Shown piece by piece: positions 20,306 through 30,680 of a stretch of DNA of 54,555 bases. The notes below the pieces were generated by a model, which saw only the letters and a list, made by a program, of their open reading frames with translations, did no database searches and had not been told where the DNA came from. This DNA is from an uncultured Gammaproteobacteria bacterium. GTDB taxonomy: Bacteria > Pseudomonadota > Gammaproteobacteria > Pseudomonadales > Azotimanducaceae. The translations under genes were made by a program, and so were the position numbers. Numbering within the stretch: position 1 is the stretch's first letter; every line of letters begins with the position of its first letter. The stretch is from the NCBI GenBank assembly GCA_913052075.1, contig CAJXDD010000001.1:1-54555 (forward strand), read 5' to 3'.

Positions 20306-21494
20306 GTCTCCTTTTTATATTTGCGCGGACCACTGAGTAGTCAAAGAGGGGGGCAAATAAATTGGCAAACAAGATAGCCAACATCATGCCCTCTGGGAAC
20401 GCTGGGTTGACGACCCGAATCAACACGCACATGAATCCAATCAATGCGCCGTAAGCGAATCTGCCGGTATCTGTCATGGCAGCCGAAACAGGGTCCGTTG
20501 CCATGTACACCATTCCGAATGCGAATCCACCGAGTACCAGATGCCAGTGCCAAGGCATGGCGAATAGAGGGTTAGTTTCTGACCCAATGGCATTAAACAA
20601 GAGCGCGGTAACCACCATACCAAAGAAGGTGCCCAGCATGATCCTCCATGAAGCGACCCGAGTAACGAGCAGAAATACCCCCCCTATCAAAATGGCGAGC
20701 GTCGATGCCTCTCCAATGGAGCCTTGCATGTTGCCAATGAATGCATCCGTCCAGGTCAGCCCCATCTGAGCGATCCCTTCCATCCCACTGGCTGCTGCGA
20801 CCCCTAGCGCCGTTGCGCCACTGTAGCCGTCTACGGCCGTCCAAACCGCGTCGCCCGAAATCTGTGCGGGATAAGCAAAATATAAGAAGGCGCGGCCAGT
20901 GAGCGCAGGGTTCAAAAAGTTTTTCCCCGTGCCTCCAAAGATTTCTTTACCAATTACTACGCCAAAACTAATGCCTAACGCGACTTGCCATAAGGGAATC
21001 GTTGCTGGCAGTGTCAAGCTAAATAAGATACTGGTAACGAAGAACCCCTCGTTGACTTCATGCCCTCGCTTGACGGCAAAAAGCACCTCCCATAACCCGC
21101 CAACAATGAACGTGGTGGCATAAATAGGAACATAAAACACTGCGCCATAGATAAAGCAGTGCCAGATGCTTTCGGGGTTATATCCTGCGAGCAACGAAAC
21201 GATAGCGCCCCGCCACCCTTCGAGTTCGCTGATGCCCATATCTGCCATCGCGATGAGCGCGTTATGACCAACGATGTACATCCCCGCGAGCATTGGGAAA
21301 AACGCACACCACCAGACAGTTGTCATGACCCGCTTCATGTCCACCGCATCTCGGACATGAGACGCCCCTTGGGTCACCCGACCAGGGCTGTAGAAAATGG
21401 TGTCGATCATTTCGTAGACGGGATAATACTTTTCGTACTTTCCGCCTGAGTGGAAATTAGGTTCGAGTTTGTCTAAAAAGTCTCGCATTGCCAT
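20292..21494 (-). CDS. nqrB: Na+-NQR subunit B
   Basis: The N-terminus [24 protein letters not shown]...[14 protein letters not shown] is colinear with V. cholerae NqrB. The flavinylation motif YSGATALG is present. The protein is polytopic and 400 aa long. Confidence 0.97.
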   Translation of the reverse strand: MAMRDFLDKLEPNFHSGGKYEKYYPVYEMIDTIFYSPGRVTQGASHVRDAVDMKRVMTTVWWCAFFPMLAGMYIVGHNALIAMADMGISELEGWRGAIVSLLAGYNPESIWHCFIYGAVFYVPIYATTFIVGGLWEVLFAVKRGHEVNEGFFVTSILFSLTLPATIPLWQVALGISFGVVIGKEIFGGTGKNFLNPALTGRAFLYFAYPAQISGDAVWTAVDGYSGATALGVAAASGMEGIAQMGLTWTDAFIGNMQGSIGEASTLAILIGGVFLLVTRVASWRIMLGTFFGMVVTALLFNAIGSETNPLFAMPWHWHLVLGGFAFGMVYMATDPVSAAMTDTGRFAYGALIGFMCVLIRVVNPAFPEGMMLAILFANLFAPLFDYSVVRANIKRRLARV

Positions 21495-21646
21495 ATTGTG
21501 CAGCCGTCCTTGATGGCCAGCCTCATCATTGGATTAAGTGATGGGCTCACCCTACCTACTCTGTTGTTTTCTTCTTTACTGTCTTCGTTGTTGTCTTCTT
21601 AAGCGCAGGCCCGTTTTCCTTTGCTCATCGCCAATAAGTTCCTGGA

Positions 21647-22987
21647 CTACCCTTCTACTTCTATCTTGTGGAGCAGCCCTCGAAGAATAGGGCCGTACTC
21701 GTATTTGCCAGGGCAGGCAAACGTGTATAACGCCACGTCTTCCTCATCGAGTTCAAGACAACCCAGATCAATGCTCGCTTCAATATCCTCAACCACCAAT
21801 GAACGCAGCAATTGGGTCGGCAAAATATCGAGCGGTGTCAGCCTTTCAAACGTACCAAGCGGGATAATCGAGCGATCGCTTCCACCGGTGCTAGTGGTGA
21901 GGTCAAACGATTTCTTTCCTAGTACCCAAGAGGCAAACAACCCTGTCAGTGAGAACTTGTCCGTGCCAGGTTTGACGAACTGAAGGAACTCGCGATGAAT
22001 GCCTTCCTCAAGAATTGAGACTTGAGCGTGAAATCGGCCCAAGTAAGCTTCTGCACCGACTGCCGTGAACCCATCAAGGACGCTGCCACTAATTAACCGA
22101 TGCTGACCGTCAATAACTTGCCCGTCTGTGAGCGCCGATAGATCTGCTCCACGATCGACCCGAACAAGAGAGGGATGACTGACCGAAGGGCCTGCGAGAG
22201 AAACTACTCGAGGGGTGTAGATTTGACCCGATAGAAATAGATGCCCGATCGCGATGACGTCCTGGTAATTGACTTGCCAGACGGTCTTATTGGCACTTAC
22301 TGGATCCAGGTAATGAATGTGTGTTCCAGCCAGGCCTGCGGGGTGCTTGCCTTCGAAATGCTCGACTTTAACGGTTGGTATGCTTGACTCAAAGGAGCCC
22401 ATCGCATTCATACACACAAAGACGGACCCATCCGTGAGTCGGCTCATCACCGCTACACCCGCCGCGAACGCTGGCTTTTCAGCATCGATCACAATGTTGG
22501 GATCGGGCGCGTGGGGCCGCGAATCTGTTGCCGTTACAAAAATAGAGTGGGGGGTTGATCCTTTTTCAGGCACCTTACTGAACGGTCTTGTTTTGAGTGC
22601 CGTCCACTCCCCTGATTCGATCAATTTGGTCTCGACCGCCTCTCGTGCAAGCGTCCCGATGGTTTCGACAGAATGTGCGCCAAATTCGACGGATTCCTCA
22701 CCCTCGACTTTAACAACGAGTGACAAAAAAGCGCGCTTTGCCCCTCGATTAATCTCGATCACCTCACCTGATGCCGGCGACGTGTAATTGATACCGGGGT
22801 TCTTTTTATCGGTCAGTAGGACCTGCCCTTTCTTCACTCGATCACCAACTTTAACTTCCATCGTCGGCTTCAGCCCATGGAAATCGCGGCCAAGAATGGC
22901 GACTTGCGTAGAGGAAAATTCGCGAGAGATTGATTGTTCGGGGGCGCCAGTGAGGGGTAAATCTAAACCTTTGGATATTGTTCTCAT
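21647..22987 (-). CDS. nqrA: Na+-NQR subunit A
   Basis: MRTISKGLDLPLTGAP... to ...CPGKYEYGPILRGLLHKIEVEG matches NqrA end to end. The ATG at 22985-22987 gives 446 aa, the canonical length. The ORF-track extension to 23122 is Ser/Gly-rich and unlike any NqrA. Confidence 0.95.
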   Translation of the reverse strand: MRTISKGLDLPLTGAPEQSISREFSSTQVAILGRDFHGLKPTMEVKVGDRVKKGQVLLTDKKNPGINYTSPASGEVIEINRGAKRAFLSLVVKVEGEESVEFGAHSVETIGTLAREAVETKLIESGEWTALKTRPFSKVPEKGSTPHSIFVTATDSRPHAPDPNIVIDAEKPAFAAGVAVMSRLTDGSVFVCMNAMGSFESSIPTVKVEHFEGKHPAGLAGTHIHYLDPVSANKTVWQVNYQDVIAIGHLFLSGQIYTPRVVSLAGPSVSHPSLVRVDRGADLSALTDGQVIDGQHRLISGSVLDGFTAVGAEAYLGRFHAQVSILEEGIHREFLQFVKPGTDKFSLTGLFASWVLGKKSFDLTTSTGGSDRSIIPLGTFERLTPLDILPTQLLRSLVVEDIEASIDLGCLELDEEDVALYTFACPGKYEYGPILRGLLHKIEVEG

Positions 22988-23453
22988 ATCACTCCCATGA
23001 GCCCATCGGCGGCCGTTCGTTATGTGTTGGCCTTGCCGAAGTTGTGCGCTTCCGCTGCTACTGTGCACTGAGGCACTTGCCGTCCCTTGCTTGACTGGGG
23101 TGCTGGATCTGTTAGAACGCAAGTGGCGATTATTTTAACGGTTTTCCACGCCCTTTCAGCCGACGCCATTATAGAGAGTCCGCGCTATCAGATCTAGCCA
23201 TGATTGACGCTCCAAGGGACATCAAATGCCTATTCATTGACGCCATCAATCCTCATCGGGCGGAGGACGGCTCGAAGTCCTCGTAAAGGGGGCCCGCATA
23301 GCGGACAACAACAGGATGGCGATCAGTGAGACCATTGGGGAGCTTACGATGGAGTCACCACTCGCGAGAATCCCAAGGCGGGTGGAGCTTATCAGGGGGG
23401 CACTTCACTAGAACCGCATGGTTGGTCCTGTCAATCGGACTGTGTTTCTCTGA

Positions 23454-24935
23454 CTAGTGCGCTGCGTGCTCCTCCGCGCTGGATGGCTGTTTTGGCACCA
23501 GCGGGTAGTGAATACCCGCCATTTTTTGAGCGCACCTCACCACCTGACACGAATACCCAAATTCGTTGTCGTACCACACGTATAAAACCATTTGTTGGCC
23601 GTTCACAATGGTTGCATGACCGTCGATAATACATGCGTGCCGATTGCCGACGAAATCAGACGAAACCACCTCGCTGGACTCGGTGTAATCTATCTGCCGC
23701 TGCATGGCGGAATTGAGCGAACAATCTCGCAAAAAGTCACAGACCGCTTCCCTAGTGGTCGCTTCTTCTACTGTTAAATTCAGAATGGCCATGGAAACGT
23801 TGGGAACAGGCACTCGAATCGAGTTGCCAGTGAGCTTGCCCGCTAGCTCAGGCAATAATTTCCCAACTGAACTCGTGGCATTTGACTCTGTTAACACCAT
23901 GTTCAGTGGGGCGCTACGACCTCTTCGCTCTTTTGAGTGGGTGTTATCGTGAAGGTTCTGATCGTCCGTGTATGCATGCACTGTTTCCATGTGACCGTGG
24001 ACAATTCCAAATCGATCATTGATCGCCTTCAATACCGGCACGATCGCGTTAGTGGTACACGATGCTGCAGCGACCAGTTGGTCATCCTCCTCGATAGTGT
24101 GCGAGTTCACCCCGGATACGATGTTTTTCATCTCGCCCTTTCCAGAGGTCGTCAGCAATATCTTGCTCACTCCCTTACTGGTCAGGTGCCGCCCTAGGCC
24201 GTCAGTATCTCGCCAAGCGCCTGTACTATCGACAATGAGTGCATCTTGAATGCCGTATACGGTGTAGTCGATAGCACCAGGATCCGTCGCATAAATAAAG
24301 CGAATGGCGTTCCCGTTACAAATGATGGCCTGATGTTCAGCATCGACACGAATTGTGCCTTTAAAAGGACCATGAATTGAATCACGCCGCATAAGACTGG
24401 CACGTTTATGCAAATCTTTGAGGGGATCTTTAGGTGGCCGTAAAACCACAGCTCGAGGAACAAGGTTTTGGCCACCTCCCGCTTTTTCAACTAACAGTCT
24501 CATGACCAGACGGCCAATTCGTCCGAACCCATAGATCACCACATCGCGGGGTGGATGACTAACGGCCGACTCAGCGCTCAAAAGGTCGATGCAGGCGGCC
24601 TTTACGTAATCTACGAGCGACTGTCCCTCTGGGTCCGTCATAAACGCACTGGCGAGCTTTCCAATATCAACATGGGCCGGCGCCAAGTCCAATTCGGCAA
24701 GCACCGCAATCATAGGGTGAGTCTCGAATTCGGATAGCTCGTTTTTTTCAATTTGGCGTACCCGACGGTGAATTCTCATAATTTCAACAACCGACTCGTT
24801 GAAGAGGGGCACCCCATGCATATACAAAACAACGTTGCGCCGATACAGCTTCCCTATGAGGGGGATCATTGCTTCAGCTAAAGCTTCCCGCTCTTTCCAA
24901 TCGTCGAATGCTCTGTCAATTGTCGGTTTAACCAA
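23454..24935 (-). CDS. gap: Glyceraldehyde-3-phosphate dehydrogenase, long form (about 490 aa, PA3001-like)
   Basis: Rossmann motif IYGFGRIGR after a roughly 130-aa N-terminal extension, catalytic SCTTN block, and C-terminal WYDNEFGYS. The TTG start at 24935 is preceded by AGGAGA about 9 nt upstream. Confidence 0.9.
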   Translation of the reverse strand: MVKPTIDRAFDDWKEREALAEAMIPLIGKLYRRNVVLYMHGVPLFNESVVEIMRIHRRVRQIEKNELSEFETHPMIAVLAELDLAPAHVDIGKLASAFMTDPEGQSLVDYVKAACIDLLSAESAVSHPPRDVVIYGFGRIGRLVMRLLVEKAGGGQNLVPRAVVLRPPKDPLKDLHKRASLMRRDSIHGPFKGTIRVDAEHQAIICNGNAIRFIYATDPGAIDYTVYGIQDALIVDSTGAWRDTDGLGRHLTSKGVSKILLTTSGKGEMKNIVSGVNSHTIEEDDQLVAAASCTTNAIVPVLKAINDRFGIVHGHMETVHAYTDDQNLHDNTHSKERRGRSAPLNMVLTESNATSSVGKLLPELAGKLTGNSIRVPVPNVSMAILNLTVEEATTREAVCDFLRDCSLNSAMQRQIDYTESSEVVSSDFVGNRHACIIDGHATIVNGQQMVLYVWYDNEFGYSCQVVRCAQKMAGIHYPLVPKQPSSAEEHAAH

Positions 24936-25411
24936 AGATCTGATCTCCTACTCGTGTATGACGTGTTGGCCGTTTTGCCAGCGCGCTATGTGCCCAATCC
25001 TGACCTAAAACTTTCTAAAAAGAGCGTCATGTGTCTTCGATTTGTTAATTCGATTCTTGGAAATCTCAGGACGCCGTATTATGCGATCGACTGGGGCCAA
25101 TCGCAATCATCCAGACCAGAGTTCTAACATTCGATAATGCCAGCAGAACTGAGACAGTCTCTCCGCCTAGCAGTGAGCGAAGGTTCCCCTCTCTCGATCA
25201 CATTATTTCATCTCACCGACCAACAAAAAAAGCTTCCCCAATAAGCTAAGATCCCTTCTTGCCTGGGCGCGACACCAACAAATCACGTAGACTCGCGAAT
25301 TAAACTGCGATGACCCGTTTGCCGTCTAATGAACGTCTCAGTCAGCCCAACAAAGCTGAAGCGCCAAACACCCCTGTACTCACCTCGAAAAAGCAACCGT
25401 CCTTAGCAACC

Positions 25412-28400
25412 ATGAACAGTCACCTTCATCAGCCTATCGTCTTGCCAGATGTGCCATTAAATGGTGGCGACGTAGCTCGCTGGAATGGCCTATCTGGAGC
25501 GGCTTTATCGCTCACAACCCTTTCTGTTAAGGAGAAGACAGGTCAACCAATTTTACTCATCACCGCATCTTCTCAATCTGCAGAGCAAAGTCTTGAGGAG
25601 ATTCGCTTTTTCGCCGGCGAGCGGTTGACTGTAGCTCGATTTCCAGATTGGGAAACTTTGATCTACGACACTTTTTCCCCGCATCAAGATATCACCTCTG
25701 AACGACTCGCGATTCTTGGCGCAGGCGATGGCGAAGTTCCCGATATATTGATTGTGCCGGTTAGCACTCTCTTATTCCGACTCCCACCGAAAAGCTTCGT
25801 TGCAAGCCACCACTTGGAGCTGAACGTAGGGCAGTCTGCGCCGCTGTTAGCTTTGCGAAAGCAATTGGAGCGTTCGGCATATCGCGCTGTTGAGACCGTT
25901 ACTGAACACGGAGAATTCGCGATTCGAGGGTCGATACTTGATCTCTTCCCAATGGGACATAACACACCCTACCGGATTGAATGGTTTGACGATGAGATCG
26001 AATCCATTCGCACATTTGATCCCGACACCCAGCGGTCCGTCGTCAGAGTTCAGAGTATGGAAAGTCTTCCGGCCAAGGAGTTCAGTTTGAGCGAAGACAG
26101 TCTTCGCCAATTTAAAAATGCTTGGCACGAGCGATTCGGCGGACAACCCAAATCTTGTCCTATCTATCAAACTGTGAGTCAGGGTGGCGTCCCCGCCGGG
26201 ATTGAATATTACTTGCCACTCTTTTTTGCAGAAATGGCCACTTTATTTGACTACGTCTCTAGTGATGCTGTGATCATCAATGAGCCGCTCACCGACGCGG
26301 TCGACTCTATTAATGAAGATGCAGAGGCCCGATACGAAAGCCTCCGCTACGACATTGAACGACCGATACTCTCGCCAGGGGAACTATTGCTCGGATCCTC
26401 TGAGCTTTACAAGCTCATGAGCCAACACCCGCGCATCGATATCGCTCCAGAAAACCGCGCGCGAGGCGCTAACATCCGCACAGGATCACTTCCTGACTTG
26501 TCTGTCGATGACCAAGCCGAGAAGCCCTTCGCTCGACTGCGAGACCACATCGCTTCAGGCGCCCGGGTTCTTATTGCCGCGGAAACGATCGGTCGCAGAG
26601 AGATAATCGATACAGCGCTTATAAAAAGCGGGTTGCCCGCCGAACCTATCGACTCGTGGGAAGCGTTCCTAACATCATCCACGCCACTTGGGATTGCTGT
26701 GGCGAAAGTCTATCGCGGACTGCGATTGTCGGATGAAAGTATCACCCTTCTAGGTGAGCAGCAGTTGTTTGGCGAGAGAGTACTTCAAGCCCGACGGCGC
26801 GCGAAAGAAAAGGAACATGCGGCGGAGTTAGTCGTCAGGAGTCTTACCGAGTTGAGCGAGAACGATCCCGTAGTTCACATAGACCACGGGGTTGGCAGAT
26901 ATCAAGGGCTAATCACCCTTGAAATTGATGGTGACCCCCATGAATTTCTGAATATCCATTACAAAGGCGACGCCACGCTCTATGTGCCCGTTAGCGACAT
27001 CCACCTCATCTCTCGATACTCCGGCGCTGATCCCGAATTAGCACCATGGCATCAGCTTGGCGGGGACACTTGGAAGAAGGCCAAAAGAAAGGCAGCCGAA
27101 CAGATTCGAGATGTCGCTGCCGAGTTACTAGACACTTACGCAAAGCGTGAAGCTCAAGCGGGTGATCCGATTCCCATCCCGGAAGATGAATTCGAAAAAT
27201 TTTGTCGTGCATTCCCTTTTGAGGAAACTCCGGACCAAGAAACGGCGATCCACGATGTAGTGAACGATCTTGGCGGGAAACGCCCTATGGACCGCTTGGT
27301 GTGTGGTGATGTTGGGTTTGGCAAGACTGAGGTGGCAATGAGAGCAGCATTCCTGGCCGTCCAATCAGGAAGGCAAGTGGCGATTTTAGTGCCCACAACT
27401 CTCCTGGCTGAACAGCACCACCAGTCTTTTCAGGATAGGTTTGCTGGATGGCCGATAGCGATCGAAAGTCTCTCTCGTTTCAAGACAAAAAAAGAGCAAA
27501 TGACGACGCTCGAGCATCTGGAAAAAGGGAAGATCGATATTATTGTAGGAACGCATGCGCTAATTGGCGATCAAGTATCTTTCAAGAATCTTGGCCTCCT
27601 TATCATTGATGAAGAGCATCGCTTTGGCGTCAGGCAAAAAGATAAGATCAAGCGCTTTCGCGCCAACGTCCACGTCCTTGCACTGACAGCGACTCCGATT
27701 CCTCGCACCCTCAACATGTCGATGTCGGGTATACGGGACTTATCGATCATAGCCACTCCGCCGGCGAAGCGGTTAGCCATCAAAACTTTCGTCAGGCGTC
27801 ACGACCTGCAGATAGTTAAAGAAGCGATTCAGCGAGAGCTTCTGCGCGGTGGGCAAGTGTACTACTTGCACAATGAGGTAAAAGATATCGACCGGGTCGC
27901 TGACCTACTAGGCGAGTTGCTTCCCTCCGCAAAGATCCTGGTCGCGCATGGACAAATGCGCGAGCGAGAGCTCGAGCAGGTGATGTCTGATTTCTATCAC
28001 CAACGCGCCAATGTATTGGTCTGTACTACAATCATTGAGACAGGCATAGATATTCCCAATGCAAACACCATCATTATGGAACGTGCAGATAAACTGGGGC
28101 TCGCGCAGGTCCACCAATTGCGAGGACGCGTTGGTCGCTCCCATCATCAAGCCTACGCCTATTTGATGACTCCAGACGCAGCTCTCATGACAAAGGATGC
28201 GGGCAAACGCCTCGAAGCCATTGAGCAAGCGGAAGATCTAGGCGCCGGATTCGTATTGGCCACGCATGACCTGGAGATCCGGGGTGCTGGTGAACTACTA
28301 GGCGAATCCCAGACCGGAAATATGCACAGCATTGGCTTTGGGCTGTATATGGAATTGCTCGATCGCGCGGTGGCGAGCCTACGAAGCGGCAAACTCATTG

Positions 28401-28864
28401 ATCCAGAAATAGACTTGCGCAGTGGCACTGAAATCAACTTACATGCTCCGGCTCTCATACCCGATGAGTACCTGCCCGATGTTCACATGCGTTTAATAAT
28501 CTATAAGCGCATAGCCAATGCGACGACCCACAATCAGTTGCGCGAGCTAAGCGTTGAACTGATCGACCGCTTTGGCTTACTCCCTGAGCCTACAAAGCTC
28601 CTCATACGACAGACAGAGCTAAAAATCACGGCTGAAACGCTGGGTATTAGGCGTATCGATTTCGGTGAGAATGGAGGCCATATCGAATTTAGGAGCGACA
28701 CCCTGGTTCCTGCCACTAAGATCATCGCGCTTATCCAAACTTCACCCGATAGATTCAGGATGGCCTCCGCACACCAACTTGGAATTCTGGATAAGATAGC
28801 GGGTCGCACCGAGCGATTTGCATATGTGGAGTCATTTTTAGATGAGTTGGCTGAAGCGGCTTAA
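25412..28864 (+). CDS. mfd: Transcription-repair coupling factor Mfd
   Basis: CarD/RID block HIDHGVGRY, and superfamily-2 helicase motifs GDVGFGKTEVAMRAA, DEEHRFGV, LTATPIPRTL and QLRGRVGRS. The ATG at 25412 gives 1150 aa (E. coli Mfd is about 1148). The ORF-track start at 25310 adds 34 unrelated residues. Confidence 0.95.
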   Translation: MNSHLHQPIVLPDVPLNGGDVARWNGLSGAALSLTTLSVKEKTGQPILLITASSQSAEQSLEEIRFFAGERLTVARFPDWETLIYDTFSPHQDITSERLAILGAGDGEVPDILIVPVSTLLFRLPPKSFVASHHLELNVGQSAPLLALRKQLERSAYRAVETVTEHGEFAIRGSILDLFPMGHNTPYRIEWFDDEIESIRTFDPDTQRSVVRVQSMESLPAKEFSLSEDSLRQFKNAWHERFGGQPKSCPIYQTVSQGGVPAGIEYYLPLFFAEMATLFDYVSSDAVIINEPLTDAVDSINEDAEARYESLRYDIERPILSPGELLLGSSELYKLMSQHPRIDIAPENRARGANIRTGSLPDLSVDDQAEKPFARLRDHIASGARVLIAAETIGRREIIDTALIKSGLPAEPIDSWEAFLTSSTPLGIAVAKVYRGLRLSDESITLLGEQQLFGERVLQARRRAKEKEHAAELVVRSLTELSENDPVVHIDHGVGRYQGLITLEIDGDPHEFLNIHYKGDATLYVPVSDIHLISRYSGADPELAPWHQLGGDTWKKAKRKAAEQIRDVAAELLDTYAKREAQAGDPIPIPEDEFEKFCRAFPFEETPDQETAIHDVVNDLGGKRPMDRLVCGDVGFGKTEVAMRAAFLAVQSGRQVAILVPTTLLAEQHHQSFQDRFAGWPIAIESLSRFKTKKEQMTTLEHLEKGKIDIIVGTHALIGDQVSFKNLGLLIIDEEHRFGVRQKDKIKRFRANVHVLALTATPIPRTLNMSMSGIRDLSIIATPPAKRLAIKTFVRRHDLQIVKEAIQRELLRGGQVYYLHNEVKDIDRVADLLGELLPSAKILVAHGQMRERELEQVMSDFYHQRANVLVCTTIIETGIDIPNANTIIMERADKLGLAQVHQLRGRVGRSHHQAYAYLMTPDAALMTKDAGKRLEAIEQAEDLGAGFVLATHDLEIRGAGELLGESQTGNMHSIGFGLYMELLDRAVASLRSGKLIDPEIDLRSGTEINLHAPALIPDEYLPDVHMRLIIYKRIANATTHNQLRELSVELIDRFGLLPEPTKLLIRQTELKITAETLGIRRIDFGENGGHIEFRSDTLVPATKIIALIQTSPDRFRMASAHQLGILDKIAGRTERFAYVESFLDELAEAA

Positions 28865-29864
28865 TGTAAGCGACGCCTGTCCGATCAGGCGAAGGAGACT
28901 ATCCGTAAGTCACGTGGCTTGGCCGGCACGCCTATTGTGCATCGTGCTAACGGCTCTGCTTTTCAGCTCTGAGATGGCTTATGGCTCAGACTATCAGATC
29001 GAAGTGATTGTCTTTAAACGCACTGACGAGCCAACTCCAACACACCTTGAAGAGCCAACGAGCAGCAGTACAAGGCACTGGCCAGAGAACATGATTTCCA
29101 TCGCTCCTCAACGCGGTCAGTCGAGAGTTCCATTTTTGTGGTCGCAGGCCGTAATGCTTGACGCAGATCCTCTATCCTCAATCAAAGCAACTAAGCAGGA
29201 CGGCAACCCTGTCTCGTCGAACCCTGTTTTCCTTTTAGCTAGCGAGAGTCGAGCCGACTTATTCAAACGTCGTATCGCCCAAATCAACCCTCCAACTGAG
29301 GCAGCAGACTATCACCCTGACAAGGTGCAAGAGCAATTGCGCAAAGACCAAAGAGACGCTTTGCTGGAAGCCGCATTCTTCCCAACCACCGCAATCGATT
29401 ATCAGTCTCTCGATTCTGCGAGCAGGCAATTGAACGGCTCAGCGAGATCTATACGTAGGAGCAGTCTATATGAACTGTTGCTTCATCAAAGCTGGCTACA
29501 ACCCATAGGACAGACGCCTGTGCCCATCCTGATACAGGGTGGCGAGCAATACGGGAACCTATTCGAACTCGAGGGCACCTTTTCCGTTAGGCGTCAACGC
29601 TACCTCCATGTGGAAACTGACTTACGACTTACAAAATTTAAGAAAGAGAGGACGTCTCCTGCTTCGGAGGAGCAAGCAGGACTTAGATTGAAGTATCCAG
29701 CCCTTTATGAAGCAGCACGCCGTGGCCGAGAATATAGCCCTGCAGCTGAATTTAATCTAAGAGAGAAGCGGCGCTTGGTGTCAGAGGAGCTTCATTATTT
29801 CGACCATCCAGCCCTTGGTGTTTTACTGCTAATTCGTCAAAGCCAATCACTAAACCCAAGATAG
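28842..29864 (+). CDS. csiV: CsiV-like (DUF2803) periplasmic protein
   Basis: Signal peptide ending EMAYG, then YQIEVIVFKR and a C-terminal HYFDHPALGVLLLI, which I recall as hallmarks of the CsiV family. Its position immediately downstream of mfd matches Vibrio and Pseudomonas. The start is uncertain: ATG 28842 (overlaps mfd by 23 nt) or GTG 28914. Confidence 0.6.
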   Translation: MSWLKRLNVSDACPIRRRRLSVSHVAWPARLLCIVLTALLFSSEMAYGSDYQIEVIVFKRTDEPTPTHLEEPTSSSTRHWPENMISIAPQRGQSRVPFLWSQAVMLDADPLSSIKATKQDGNPVSSNPVFLLASESRADLFKRRIAQINPPTEAADYHPDKVQEQLRKDQRDALLEAAFFPTTAIDYQSLDSASRQLNGSARSIRRSSLYELLLHQSWLQPIGQTPVPILIQGGEQYGNLFELEGTFSVRRQRYLHVETDLRLTKFKKERTSPASEEQAGLRLKYPALYEAARRGREYSPAAEFNLREKRRLVSEELHYFDHPALGVLLLIRQSQSLNPR

Positions 29865-29955
29865 TCTTGCTCGCCAGACAAGCATCATCTAATCGCAAGC
29901 TGAGCTCTATTTAGGCAAGAAGGAATGCCCTTGCCACTAGCCAAACACTTTTAGC

Positions 29956-30669
29956 TTAGTCTCGTTTTCGTGCAGCGATCATTTGCTTGAGGTGGCCTAG
30001 GGACAGCAAATGAGCATAAATCCAGGCGAGTTCTCCTCTCCTGAAGATTTGGAGCGCATTGGAGTCATCGAGTGCTAACAATTTGTGTTCATCTACCACT
30101 CTGACTTTACCTAGGCTTATTGGAGAGGAGCCTATCTCCCCTACCGTTGCCCTTACCTCAGACAATAATTCCAGGTCCATCAGCGATCGCGCAAAGGCCT
30201 TAGTGCGCTCCATTTGCTGATGGAATTCTTTCATAAAGTCAGCGGTCTGCTTGACGAATTGGGTCGGCTGGCCACCTTCGAACAACGCGAGCCCGTCATC
30301 CGGGGAGAGGAGATTACTGGCTTCGTCAATACACACAAGAGGCACCTCACTCTCACCTCTGCCAATTGCGAAGGGATACTGACGAATGAACGCGGGTATG
30401 TATCGACCAAGCCAAGCACCTGCGCGATCCACCCACTGATTTTCAGTGGCATTCAGCCCGAATAGAGCAATGGGAACCCAGCTATCGCTACCCTCGACGA
30501 AGACGACGGGATACTCGTAGGCCAGCTCAGCGAACTCAACTCCTGCGCAGAGCACCGAGTTAACTTTTTTTGCAAACTCAAATCGATTTCGATCTTGTTT
30601 GATACGCAGCCCATCGTGTACTGCTGGAGATAGGGGTTTAGGGTTCTGATAAAAAAGCATCTGTGGCAT
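29956..30669 (-). CDS. SapC family protein
   Basis: FYQNPKPLSPAVHDGLRIK...VEFAELAYEYPVVFVEG...IALFGL...RYIPAFIRQYPFAIG follows the SapC (PF07277) consensus as I remember it. Confidence 0.75.
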   Translation of the reverse strand: MPQMLFYQNPKPLSPAVHDGLRIKQDRNRFEFAKKVNSVLCAGVEFAELAYEYPVVFVEGSDSWVPIALFGLNATENQWVDRAGAWLGRYIPAFIRQYPFAIGRGESEVPLVCIDEASNLLSPDDGLALFEGGQPTQFVKQTADFMKEFHQQMERTKAFARSLMDLELLSEVRATVGEIGSSPISLGKVRVVDEHKLLALDDSNALQIFRRGELAWIYAHLLSLGHLKQMIAARKRD

Positions 30670-30680
30670 GCGTTGGGTCC

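Noticed and set aside
22988-23122. The ORF-track 5' extensions of nqrA. The same issue applies to mfd (25310-25411), batA (48349-48699), batD (51417-51521), iorA-type (16183-16308), the deacetylase (921-1100) and ttcA (1046-1123).
   Set aside because: The internal starts give canonical protein lengths and N-termini (signal peptides, conserved first blocks). Several are supported by SD sequences or stop/start overlaps. The extensions overlap neighbouring genes or have no family resemblance.
29914-29935. Hairpin GGCAAG-N10-CTTGCC between convergent csiV and sapC. Similar weak hairpins lie after tesA (6078-6098) and in the topA leader (GCTAGC-N6-GCTAGC, 35967-35984).
   Set aside because: Each has only a 6-bp stem and no flanking U-tract on either strand. 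That is too weak to call as a terminator or regulatory structure.
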